A stretch of 31,556 bases of DNA. It comes from Candidatus Ratteibacteria bacterium (lineage in GTDB: Bacteria; Ratteibacteria; UBA8468; B48-G9; DTJG01). Under the pieces are notes generated by a model. The model was not told the DNA's origin and searched no databases. It was given only the letters and a program-made list of their open reading frames with translations. Location: contig JBMFLH010000011.1 in the NCBI GenBank assembly GCA_049971295.1, forward strand, positions 1-31,556, given 5' to 3'. How positions within the stretch are numbered: position 1 is the stretch's first letter; each line of letters starts with the position of its first letter. Both the position numbers and the translations under genes were made by a program. Shown piece after piece: positions 19,778-28,677 of the stretch.

Positions 19778-19780
19778 TAA

Positions 19781-19846
19781 ATGGCGTGTGCAAAAAAAGC
19801 AGCCAAGAAAAAGACAGCAAAAAAGACAGCGAGGAAGAAAAAGTAG
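19781..19846 (+). CDS. 21-aa Lys/Ala-rich microprotein MACAKKAAKKKTAKKTARKKK (histone-H1-tail-like composition)
   Basis: Perfect SD, ATG...TAG, terminator 9 nt downstream; below the ORF track cutoff. Confidence 0.75.
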   Translation: MACAKKAAKKKTAKKTARKKK

Positions 19847-19855
19847 TTATGAATT

Positions 19856-19900
19856 GAGCGCCCGGTTCTTTGAAATTTTTCCGGGCGCTCTTGTTTTATT
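19856..19900 (+). terminator. Rho-independent terminator
   Basis: Perfect 10-bp stem GAGCGCCCGG (19856-19865) / CCGGGCGCTC (19881-19890), 15-nt loop, followed by TTGTTTTATT. Confidence 0.8.
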
Positions 19901-19994
19901 ATCTTCATTTTGCGTACCCATAATGTTTTTGAGCCAGCCAGTAGTTTAAAGAATTAGCCTGATGTATAATATTTTTGTTAACAGGGAGACACTG

Positions 19995-21365
19995 ATGGAC
20001 AAATATAGAAAGATTCAATTACAGGAAGAGTTCAAAAAAATTTTAAGGGTTCTTGAAACCACTGAAACAGTTGATAAGAACTTTTCTATTCCTAAAGAAG
20101 AATTTCTTGAAAGACAAAAAAAGACATATGAAGAAATCAAAAAACATGGGGTTGATGCAGGGGTTGTTTTTTCAGACCAGCATTATAATGGAGATGTTCC
20201 TTATCTTGGAGGCAATACAAACATTACGATTGAACAGGTTGCAGGTGTTATAGGCAAAACAGGGTTTCATATTATTGCAGGGCTTGAAGGAGGATATGTT
20301 TCAGAACAACTGGCACCAAGGGCGTCAGCAAAGGTTCATAAAGTGGAGATGCTGAAACTGGCAGATGAGGAGTATCCTATCAATGCAGAAAAACTTGAAC
20401 ATGTCATTGAACAGGCTGCAGGATGCACGGTGCAAAAAATAGGTCTTTTAACTCCGAGAGAGGTAATACCATATAAATTTGTTAAATATCTTGAAGACAT
20501 TTATGGTGCTGAAAATGTCATTGATATTCAGGAAGTTTACTACAAAATCAAGTATGAAAAGTCTGATAACGAGATGAGGTTGATACGTGATGCGTGTCGA
20601 ATTGCTGATGCTATGATGAGGGGTATGCTTGCTGTTTTAAAACCGGGTATGCTTGAAACACAGGTTGCCGCTTGGGGTTACTTTATAGCCAGAGAACTTG
20701 GTGCTGAAGAACTTGGATGGGATATTATCGTAGGAGCCAACGAAGCAAATCGTACTCTCATAGGAAAAGCGCTGAACAGAGAGATAAAAAAAGGAGATTA
20801 TGTCCACCTCGGTGTTGCACCAAAAAGAGATGGACTCAATTCCTGTATAAGAAGGTCTGTAATAGCAGTGGAGAATCCATCTGAAGTAACTGCCGAGCAG
20901 AGATACTGGTTCAATCTTGTTGAAGAGGCTTATAGAATTGGATTTGAAAAGTATTGCGAGGTTGCTGAAAAAAATTTGCCTGCCTATCTTCAGGAGAAAG
21001 CCCTTGTTGATTATTTTGCTTCCAGGTCAGAAGAAGTGTCCAGAAGAATCGGGAAAAAGATTAACCTTGAAAAACTCAAACCCTACACCGGCACACACAA
21101 CGCTGGCTATACCGAGTGTCAGGAATTCTACGGTGCAATTACACTTGCATCTTCTCAGCCACTCGGGCATCAAATCGTTACTATGCTTGATGTGGCGCTA
21201 CGTGGAATAGGGGATAAGTGGGACGATGTGATTATTCCGGGTTTCGACTATATCGTGGTTGAAAATACCCTTGGTAAATTCGGTACACGAGTGGAAACTT
21301 TCAATAAGCTTCCTATTAATGTACAGGCGCTTGTTGGAAATCCGGAGCCGCCTAACCAGAATTAG
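19995..21365 (+). CDS. M24 (aminopeptidase P/creatinase) fold protein with non-canonical metal site
   Basis: Creatinase-like N-domain (EEFLERQ...PYLGG); KSDNEMRLIRDACRIAD, KPGMLETQV, REIKKGD, HNAG and VVEN. SD AGGGAG favours the ATG at 19995. Confidence 0.75.
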   Translation: MDKYRKIQLQEEFKKILRVLETTETVDKNFSIPKEEFLERQKKTYEEIKKHGVDAGVVFSDQHYNGDVPYLGGNTNITIEQVAGVIGKTGFHIIAGLEGGYVSEQLAPRASAKVHKVEMLKLADEEYPINAEKLEHVIEQAAGCTVQKIGLLTPREVIPYKFVKYLEDIYGAENVIDIQEVYYKIKYEKSDNEMRLIRDACRIADAMMRGMLAVLKPGMLETQVAAWGYFIARELGAEELGWDIIVGANEANRTLIGKALNREIKKGDYVHLGVAPKRDGLNSCIRRSVIAVENPSEVTAEQRYWFNLVEEAYRIGFEKYCEVAEKNLPAYLQEKALVDYFASRSEEVSRRIGKKINLEKLKPYTGTHNAGYTECQEFYGAITLASSQPLGHQIVTMLDVALRGIGDKWDDVIIPGFDYIVVENTLGKFGTRVETFNKLPINVQALVGNPEPPNQN

Positions 21366-22950
21366 TTTTTTTCTTAAGACGTTTATTTGCATACATCAAC
21401 TTATCTGCAATTGAAATCAAATTGTCAATGGTTCGTTTCTGCCCCGGTTGATAATATGCTACGCCGACACTGACTGAAAGTTTATAATCTTTTTTGTTGT
21501 TCTGATTGAAACTATCAAGATTTGTTTGCAATCGACGCAATACTGTGTCTGTGTCAACAGGGGAACTTTGAATAACAAGGGCAACAAATTCGTCTCCACC
21601 AATTCTGCCAAGTATGTCAGATTCGCGAAAAGTTTTCTTCAGTGCGTCGGCAATCATTTGGAGTGCTCTATCTCCTTCCTGATGTCCATAAATATCATTG
21701 ATGTTCTTAAAATCATCAACATCCATGAAGAAAAGAGACATATCTTCTTCTATTCTTTCAGCGATTCTCAGTTGCTGTTCTGCAAGAAGGAAGAAACCTC
21801 TTCGATTATACAAATCTGTCAGAACATCTGTGACGGATAATTGTGCGAGGATTTTTTCCGCATATTCCTTTTTCAGACTAATACGCGCCATTATCCATGA
21901 TATTACGATGAAGAAAAGAACCAGCGCAGTATCATAAAGAAGAAATTCTTTTAGCCGTGTTGTGGATTGAATCGTGCATAAATGTTTTGGTACAAATGAA
22001 ATAATCTTCCAGAAGTAATCAAAACTTTTTATCTGGTTTGATATGACATTGTCAAATTCGATATCCCTTTGTTCGATAGCTTTTTCCGCACGTGCTATCG
22101 GATAAAATGTTGTAAAAGTGAAAAGACCCTCTTTGGTAAGTATCTGGCCAGTTTGATCAATTGCAATTTTTCCCCATGCTTCTGGATAAACATAGCCAAA
22201 TCTTTTTTCCTTTCTATCGCTAAAAAGAAATCCAAACTCGTCTTCGTGTTTTGGCCCTTTTATCCAATAACCTTCATCATTAATAATATAATATGCTGGA
22301 TTCTTTTCTGTTTTATGCTCAAATGTTATTATGAAAATATCGTACACTGGTTTGCAATTATAATTTACAAGCAGTACTGCTTTCTTTTGCCTGAGCTTGT
22401 CAATAACAGGTGTACCAAATACAACGACAGGGATTCCATCATCAAGTTGAAAATCTGACACATATACATGTCCCCGTCCAATCCCAAGGGTTTTGATATA
22501 ATCAGGATTATCTCTGAAATTTTTCTTATTCAATTGCACTATAACTGGTTCTTTTTCCTCCATTGTAATCTGTGACAAAACCTTGCCATCGGTTCCAATA
22601 ATTGTAATTTTCGTGTAACAGTCCTTATTTTCTAAAAATGATGAGATTTCGTTAAGAAATTTGGCTTCATTTTTATGTTCATAGATAAACCTGGAAGAAA
22701 TTTCTCTTAAAAACAGAATATCTGAAATCGAACTATCAAAACTTTTTACAATCAACTTGGAAATTGCGGAAGTATTTTGCAATTCCTGGTTTTCAATAAG
22801 TAAAAGTTCATTTCTTGCGCTTGATAGATATATGATAGTAGTGATACCAGCCAGGAGTGCAAGTGTTGGAATGAAAATAAAAAAGAACCTTTTTATTAAG
22901 ATTGATGTTCTGATACCTTCATCTTCTGGGCGGGAAAATTTCAATCTCAT
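21352..22950 (-). CDS. Membrane sensor diguanylate cyclase (two TM helices, Cache-like extracytoplasmic domain, GGDEF)
   Basis: DVLTDLYNRR, DVDDFKNINDIYGHQEGD, RESD I-site, RIGGDEF, SVGVA and ADKLMY. Overlaps the M24 gene convergently by 14 bp. Confidence 0.92.
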   Translation of the reverse strand: MRLKFSRPEDEGIRTSILIKRFFFIFIPTLALLAGITTIIYLSSARNELLLIENQELQNTSAISKLIVKSFDSSISDILFLREISSRFIYEHKNEAKFLNEISSFLENKDCYTKITIIGTDGKVLSQITMEEKEPVIVQLNKKNFRDNPDYIKTLGIGRGHVYVSDFQLDDGIPVVVFGTPVIDKLRQKKAVLLVNYNCKPVYDIFIITFEHKTEKNPAYYIINDEGYWIKGPKHEDEFGFLFSDRKEKRFGYVYPEAWGKIAIDQTGQILTKEGLFTFTTFYPIARAEKAIEQRDIEFDNVISNQIKSFDYFWKIISFVPKHLCTIQSTTRLKEFLLYDTALVLFFIVISWIMARISLKKEYAEKILAQLSVTDVLTDLYNRRGFFLLAEQQLRIAERIEEDMSLFFMDVDDFKNINDIYGHQEGDRALQMIADALKKTFRESDILGRIGGDEFVALVIQSSPVDTDTVLRRLQTNLDSFNQNNKKDYKLSVSVGVAYYQPGQKRTIDNLISIADKLMYANKRLKKKTNSG

Positions 22951-22965
22951 ATCTTTTTTGATAAT

Positions 22966-22994
22966 AATCTACCAGATATTTAAAATTCTGTCAA
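22966..22994 (-). promoter_or_regulatory. Putative sigma70 promoter for the diguanylate cyclase
   Basis: Minus strand: TTGACA (22994-22989), 17 nt spacer, TGnTAGATT (-10 at 22971-22966). Confidence 0.6.
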
Positions 22995-23094
22995 TTTTTG
23001 TATGAGTTGAGTAAACTGGTGACACTTTTTGGTTCTGAAAGTTCTCCAAAATTATTATCCTGGTGTAAAATAATTGTTAAAAAAAGGGGGACTA

Positions 23095-24141
23095 ATGGGA
23101 AGCGTCAAAGATATCCCGGATTTTATAGAAACTGAACAGCAGCTTGAAGAGGTCTTGTCAAATCCATATCCTGAAGTAATAGAAATGTGCAAAGCGCTAC
23201 AGGGGGATATTATCATCCTTGGGGTGGCAGGAAAGATGGGACCATCACTCGCCTTACAGATAAAGCGAGCAGATGACATCGCTGGTGTCAAAAGAAATAT
23301 TATTGGCGTTGCAAGATTTTCAGACCCGCAGGTAAAGAAAAATCTTGAGAATTCAGGTATCAAAACTATTTCCTGCGACCTACTTGACAGAAAAGCAATA
23401 GATAATCTTCCTGATATTAAAAATGTAATTTTTATGGCAGGAATGAAGTTTGGTTCAAGTGTTAATCAACCCCTGACATGGGCAATGAATGCTTATGTTC
23501 CAGCGCTTGTTGCAACAAAGTATAAAAACTCTAACATTGTTGCGCTTTCCACAGGAAATGTATACCCCCTGGTACCTGTTTCGTCTGGTGGTTCAAAGGA
23601 AACAGATACGGTCTGTCCGATTGGAGAGTATGCACAATCGTGTCTGGGTCGAGAGAGGGTTTTTGAATATTTCTCAACAAAGTTTTCGATACCTTCTGTA
23701 CTGATACGGCTTAATTATGCAGTTGAATTAAGGTATGGAGTAATTTATGATATTGGCGTGAAGGTTTATAAAGGAGAAAAAATAAATCTTGAAAACGGAT
23801 ATGTCAATGTGGTCTGGCAGGGCTGGGCAAATAGTATTATTTTCAGGTCTTTCAGTATTTGTTCTGTTCCGCCGAAAATCCTTAATTTGACAGGTCCTGA
23901 AATTCTTTCTGTAAGGCATATCGCAGAAGAATTTGGTAAAATATTTTTAAAGAAGCCATTATTTGAAGGAAAAGAGGCAGATACTGCTTATCTTTCAGAT
24001 GCATCAGAGTGTTTCAAACTTTTTGGTAAGCCAGATATCACGCCAGAAAAAATTATCAGATGGGTTGCCCATTGGATAGAAATTGGTGGCAGGTCTCTCG
24101 ATAAACCCACTCATTTTGAACAACGAGAAGGGAGGTACTAA
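23095..24141 (+). CDS. NAD-dependent epimerase/dehydratase-family protein (atypical extended SDR)
   Basis: ILGVAGKMG, FMAGMKFG, STGNVY, EYAQSC and IRLNYA. AAGGGGG SD precedes the ATG at 23095. Confidence 0.8.
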   Translation: MGSVKDIPDFIETEQQLEEVLSNPYPEVIEMCKALQGDIIILGVAGKMGPSLALQIKRADDIAGVKRNIIGVARFSDPQVKKNLENSGIKTISCDLLDRKAIDNLPDIKNVIFMAGMKFGSSVNQPLTWAMNAYVPALVATKYKNSNIVALSTGNVYPLVPVSSGGSKETDTVCPIGEYAQSCLGRERVFEYFSTKFSIPSVLIRLNYAVELRYGVIYDIGVKVYKGEKINLENGYVNVVWQGWANSIIFRSFSICSVPPKILNLTGPEILSVRHIAEEFGKIFLKKPLFEGKEADTAYLSDASECFKLFGKPDITPEKIIRWVAHWIEIGGRSLDKPTHFEQREGRY

Positions 24142-25199
24142 TGATGAAACATGTTGACGAAAAACTTTTGGGAAAAATAAAAAAAGGTATTGTTATTCCA
24201 GCCCATCCATTGGCGCTTACGGAAAAGCGCTCACTTGATGAGAAAAGGCAGAAAGCCCTTACGCGATACTATCTTTCAGCAGGTGCAGGAGGAGTGGCAA
24301 TTGGTGTACACACGACACAGTTTGAAATTCATGATAAAAAAATTGGTCTATATAAACCAGTTCTCGAACTTGGTTCAGAAACAATTTCAGAATTTGAAGA
24401 AAAACACAAACCTGATATCCCTGTGGTCAGGGTTGCAGGTGTTATAGGAAAAACCCAGCAAGCGGTTGAAGAAGCTACCATTGCGAAAGAATTAAGATAC
24501 CATGCGGTGCTTTTAAGTTTATCTTCATTTAGGGATTCAACAAACGAGGATATGCTTAAGCATGTGCGAACGATTTCAGAAATTGTGCCAATTTTTGGAT
24601 TTTATCTTCAGCCCGCTGTTGGAGGCAGGGTACTGGACTATCATTTCTGGAGAGATTTTGCTGAAATCGAAAATGTCATTGCCATTAAGATTGCGCCATT
24701 TAACAGATACCAAACAATTGATGTAGTGAGAGCGATTGCTGATAGTGGACGAGACATTGCCCTGTATACCGGCAATGACGATAACATTGTATTTGATCTG
24801 CTGACTCCATTTAATTTTGGGAATAAGACGTTAAGAATAGTGGGTGGCTTATTAGGTCACTGGGCTTGCTGGACATCAAAAGCAGTGGAAATACTTAATA
24901 GAATTCACTCTGTTGTTGAGAAAGGATTACCGATACCACTGGATTTGTTAAAACTTGGAATAGAGGTGACAGATTGCAATGAAGCGATTTTTGATGCAGC
25001 AAATAATTTTACAGGATGTATTCCTGGAATCCATGAAATTTTGAGAAGGCAGGGGTTGTTGAAAGGAAACTGGACGTTGAAAGAAGATGAAAACCTTTCT
25101 CCAGGACAAAAAGAAGAAATTGACAGGGTTTATAAATCATATCCTCATTTGAACGATGATCACTTTGTATCTGAACATCTGAACGAGTGGCTAAAATAA
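24141..25199 (+). CDS. Dihydrodipicolinate synthase/N-acetylneuraminate lyase-family protein (class I aldolase/dehydratase)
   Basis: IPAHPLAL, GVHTTQF, FYLQP (Tyr), AIKIAP (Schiff-base Lys) and YTGNDD. TAATG coupling to the upstream gene, SD GGAGG. Confidence 0.8.
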   Translation: MMKHVDEKLLGKIKKGIVIPAHPLALTEKRSLDEKRQKALTRYYLSAGAGGVAIGVHTTQFEIHDKKIGLYKPVLELGSETISEFEEKHKPDIPVVRVAGVIGKTQQAVEEATIAKELRYHAVLLSLSSFRDSTNEDMLKHVRTISEIVPIFGFYLQPAVGGRVLDYHFWRDFAEIENVIAIKIAPFNRYQTIDVVRAIADSGRDIALYTGNDDNIVFDLLTPFNFGNKTLRIVGGLLGHWACWTSKAVEILNRIHSVVEKGLPIPLDLLKLGIEVTDCNEAIFDAANNFTGCIPGIHEILRRQGLLKGNWTLKEDENLSPGQKEEIDRVYKSYPHLNDDHFVSEHLNEWLK

Positions 25200-25229
25200 T
25201 TTTCTTGCCTCTCTTGACCAGAGAAGAAA

Positions 25230-27767
25230 ATGAATCAACCTTTAGGATTACCAGAATCTGAAGTGCAAAAGCTTTTGAAGATTCACGGATACAATGAAAT
25301 ACCTTCCTCTGAACATCGGACTATTTTCAACATTCTTGAAGATATTGTAAAAGAACCCATGTTTCTTCTTCTAATTGCATGTGGCATCATTTACCTCTTG
25401 CTCGGAAATAAACTTGAAGCCCAGATGCTGTTGACTTTTGTTTTTATCATTATGGGGATTACGTTTTATCAGGAAAGAAAAACTGAGAAAGCTTTACAAT
25501 CTTTAAAAAATCTTTCCAGTCCCAGGGCAATCGTGATCAGAAGTGGAAAAGAACAAAGAGTTTCTGGTAGGGAAATTGTGCCAGGAGATATTGTGGTTCT
25601 GGCAGAAGGAGATAGGGTTCCAGCAGATGGTGTGATTATTTCCTGCAGTAACCTTTATATAGATGAATCTTTTATTACGGGGGAATCAGAACCTGTAAGA
25701 AAAAAGGCACAGCAACTGGATGTTGAAACATTGAGTCAGGAGAGCTCATATCTTGCCTATGCGGGTGGATTGGTAATAAGAGGACACGGATTAATGAGGG
25801 TGACTGATACTGGATGCCAGACTGTTATCGGGAAAATCGGGAAGTCATTACAGAGCATAGAACCTGCAAAAACACTTGTTCAGATAGAAATTGAGAATCT
25901 GGTGAAGAAATTTTCAATTACAGGATTAATTTTGTGCGTAATTGTTATTATTTCTTACAGGTTGTTGAATTTTAACTGGTTGAATGGAATTCTTGCGGGG
26001 CTCACACTTGCGATGGCGATTCTTCCTGAAGAATTTCCTGTGGTTCTTACAATATTTTTTGCGCTTGGTGCGTGGAGAATGTCGCGGCATAACGTTCTTA
26101 CAAGAAAAATCCCCGTCATTGAAACACTTGGTGCAATGACCGTACTGTGTGTTGATAAAACAGGGACCATTACAACAAACCGTATGGAAGTGCAGGGACT
26201 TTATGCAAATGGGGAATTATTGATACCTGAAAGAAGCAAGTTTGATAAACTTCCTGAGAAATTTCATCGGTTGATAGAATTTGGAATACTTGCAAGTCTT
26301 GAAAAACCATTTGACCCAATGGAAAAAGCTTTTAAGAATTTTGCAAATCAGTATCTGATTGGAACCGAACATATTCATAAAGACTGGACACTTGTGCAGG
26401 AGTATTCTCTTTCAGAGGAACTTTCAGCGATGTCAAACGTGTGGAAGTCTCCTGATGGAAACGACTATATAATCGCTGTCAAGGGTTCACCTGAAGCAAT
26501 TGTAGAATTGTGTCATCTTGCAAGACCAGTGCAGGAAGAAATTAATAGTACTGTAGAAAAAATGGCTGAACAGGGATTGAGAGTACTTGGCGTGGCAGGC
26601 GCAAAGTTCAGTCAGGGCAAGGTTCTTCCAGAAAATCAACATGACTTCAGATTTAATTTTATTGGACTTGTTGGTTTAATGGACCCGCCCAGAGAAAATG
26701 CAAAAACTGCTATAAATCTCTGTCAACGAGCAGGAATAAAAGTGATTATAGTCACAGGAGATTACCCTGCTACAGCAGCCAATATTGCAAAAAGAATCGG
26801 ACTTGAAATAAAAAATGGAGTAATGAGTGGCCCGAAACTTCAGGAAATGGACGACACAACTTTGATGGAAAAAATTAATAGAATTAACATTTTTGCCCGA
26901 ATTATGCCTGAACAAAAGTTGAGAATTGTTAACATATTAAAGAAAAAAGGTGAAATAGTTGGCATGACAGGGGATGGTGTGAATGATGCTCCGGCTTTGA
27001 AATCAGCTCATATTGGTATTGCAATGGGAGAAAGGGGTACAGATGTAGCGAGAGAATCATCCGACATTGTACTTCTCGACGATGATATTTCTTCTATTGT
27101 TAAAGGTATTCAAACAGGGAGAACGATTTTTGATAATCTTAAAAAGGCAGTGTCTTACATTATTTCTGTTCATGTGCCAATTATAGGCATGTCGCTTTTT
27201 CCTGTTCTTATGGGACTTCCTCTTGTTCTGGGTCCTGTGCATATTGTTTTTCTTGAAATGATTATTGACCCTGCGTGTTCCATAGTTTTTGAGGCAGAGC
27301 CATCAGAAAAAGGCATTATGGAAAGACCACCCAGAAAACTTAATGAATCAATTCTTGATGGTCAAACTTTTTTGCTCAGTATTCTTCAGGGTGTAATAGT
27401 TTTTGGCGTTGTTTTTATGGTGTTTTTGCTGGCTCTTGCTCGCGGACATGATGAAGCAAGATCACGAACAATGACCTTTACCACGTTGATTATTGCAAAT
27501 ATTTTTTTGATACTTACAAATCGTTCAAGAACAAGATTTGCTTTTTCAAAGGCGGTGTTTTCAAATAAACCACTGATTATTGTTGTTACAGGGACAGTAA
27601 TTTTTCTTTTTTTAGTAATTGTCAATCCTTTCTTAAGAAATCTTTTTAGATTCAACCTTATTGATTTTCATGATCTTATGTTTTGTATCATTGCAGGAAT
27701 TATTAGTATTTCGTGGTTTGAGGGCGTAAAGTATTTTAGAAAAACCATCAAACATTCTTCCCCTTGA
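25230..27767 (+). CDS. Cation-transporting P-type ATPase (type II-like)
   Basis: TGES, PEEFP, DKTGT, KGSPE, DPPR, TGD and GDGVNDAP, with C-terminal TM helices. Confidence 0.95.
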   Translation: MNQPLGLPESEVQKLLKIHGYNEIPSSEHRTIFNILEDIVKEPMFLLLIACGIIYLLLGNKLEAQMLLTFVFIIMGITFYQERKTEKALQSLKNLSSPRAIVIRSGKEQRVSGREIVPGDIVVLAEGDRVPADGVIISCSNLYIDESFITGESEPVRKKAQQLDVETLSQESSYLAYAGGLVIRGHGLMRVTDTGCQTVIGKIGKSLQSIEPAKTLVQIEIENLVKKFSITGLILCVIVIISYRLLNFNWLNGILAGLTLAMAILPEEFPVVLTIFFALGAWRMSRHNVLTRKIPVIETLGAMTVLCVDKTGTITTNRMEVQGLYANGELLIPERSKFDKLPEKFHRLIEFGILASLEKPFDPMEKAFKNFANQYLIGTEHIHKDWTLVQEYSLSEELSAMSNVWKSPDGNDYIIAVKGSPEAIVELCHLARPVQEEINSTVEKMAEQGLRVLGVAGAKFSQGKVLPENQHDFRFNFIGLVGLMDPPRENAKTAINLCQRAGIKVIIVTGDYPATAANIAKRIGLEIKNGVMSGPKLQEMDDTTLMEKINRINIFARIMPEQKLRIVNILKKKGEIVGMTGDGVNDAPALKSAHIGIAMGERGTDVARESSDIVLLDDDISSIVKGIQTGRTIFDNLKKAVSYIISVHVPIIGMSLFPVLMGLPLVLGPVHIVFLEMIIDPACSIVFEAEPSEKGIMERPPRKLNESILDGQTFLLSILQGVIVFGVVFMVFLLALARGHDEARSRTMTFTTLIIANIFLILTNRSRTRFAFSKAVFSNKPLIIVVTGTVIFLFLVIVNPFLRNLFRFNLIDFHDLMFCIIAGIISISWFEGVKYFRKTIKHSSP

Positions 27768-27823
27768 CAAATTTTTGTAAAACTGTTACATCATTCTCAA
27801 TAAATTTTTGAAATAAAGTAACA
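27764..27823 (+). promoter_or_regulatory. Putative promoter with HexR/RpiR-type operator(s)
   Basis: TTGACA at 27764-27769 with a weak TGnTACATC -10. Perfect TGTAA-N5-TTACA at 27776-27790 and a degenerate TGAAA-N5-TAACA at 27809-27823. Confidence 0.6.
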
Positions 27824-28677
27824 TGGATATTAATCTTTACAGAAAAATTCAGATACTTTTGCCCGTTCTTACTGCATCTGAGAAAAAGGTCGCAAAATAT
27901 CTTTGTACAAAAAGGATGAAGATACCGTTTTTATCAATCTATGATATTGCTAAAACAGTAGGTGTTAGCACTGCAACTGTTAGCAGGATTGCCCGTAAGG
28001 CGGGTTGCAGGAATTTTACTGAGATGAAAATATTGCTGGCGAGAGAAACTGAAAACCCTCTCAACAAAATTTTTGGTGATATCAAGCCGGAAGATTCTGA
28101 TGAAGAAATTGTGCACAAAGTATTCCAGGGCAATATCAAAAGTCTTGAAGATACATTACATATTACTGATACAGATAAATTGAGCAAACTGGCGAAAACC
28201 ATAGTTAAAGCAAACAGGTTAATATGTATTGGCATCGGAGGTTCAGGGAACGTTGCACAGGATACCGCACTGAGATTTTCTCATCTCGACATTCAGGCCG
28301 AATCCTACACTGATTATTATCAGATTTTGATACAGGCATTAAGAACTAATGCAAAAACTGTTGTACTGGGGATTTCTCATTCTGGACGTTCAACCATCAC
28401 AGTCGAGGGGTTAAGGATCGCCAGGGAAAAAGGTTCTGTAACAGTAGGGATTTCAAATTATTTGAACAGTCCTTTACACGCAGTCTCAGATTTTTTCTTC
28501 TGCACGTCTTTTACAGAAACAGGTGTTAAGGCAGCTGCGCTTTCGTCCAGAATCGCACAGTTGTGTCTTATAGATGCTATTTATATTCTTGTGGCAAGAT
28601 ATAAAAAGAAATTATGGGATATCGAAAGATTGAACAGTCTGGCGGATAAAATTCTCAGGAAAAAAACGAATGAATAG
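27823..28677 (+). CDS. MurR/RpiR-family transcriptional regulator (HTH + SIS)
   Basis: LTASEKKVA, SIYDIAKTVGVSTATVSR, GIGGS, GISHSG and SRIAQL..IDAI. Confidence 0.93.
   Translation: MDINLYRKIQILLPVLTASEKKVAKYLCTKRMKIPFLSIYDIAKTVGVSTATVSRIARKAGCRNFTEMKILLARETENPLNKIFGDIKPEDSDEEIVHKVFQGNIKSLEDTLHITDTDKLSKLAKTIVKANRLICIGIGGSGNVAQDTALRFSHLDIQAESYTDYYQILIQALRTNAKTVVLGISHSGRSTITVEGLRIAREKGSVTVGISNYLNSPLHAVSDFFFCTSFTETGVKAAALSSRIAQLCLIDAIYILVARYKKKLWDIERLNSLADKILRKKTNE

Noticed and set aside
19609..19857. 82-aa ORF in the provided track
   Set aside because: TTG start without SD and no recognisable motifs. It overlaps in another frame the 21-aa ORF that has the perfect SD, and its stop runs into the terminator stem.
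24141..25199. Lysine-biosynthetic dapA
   Set aside because: GTTGE motif replaced, longer than typical DapA, and no dapB/asd context.
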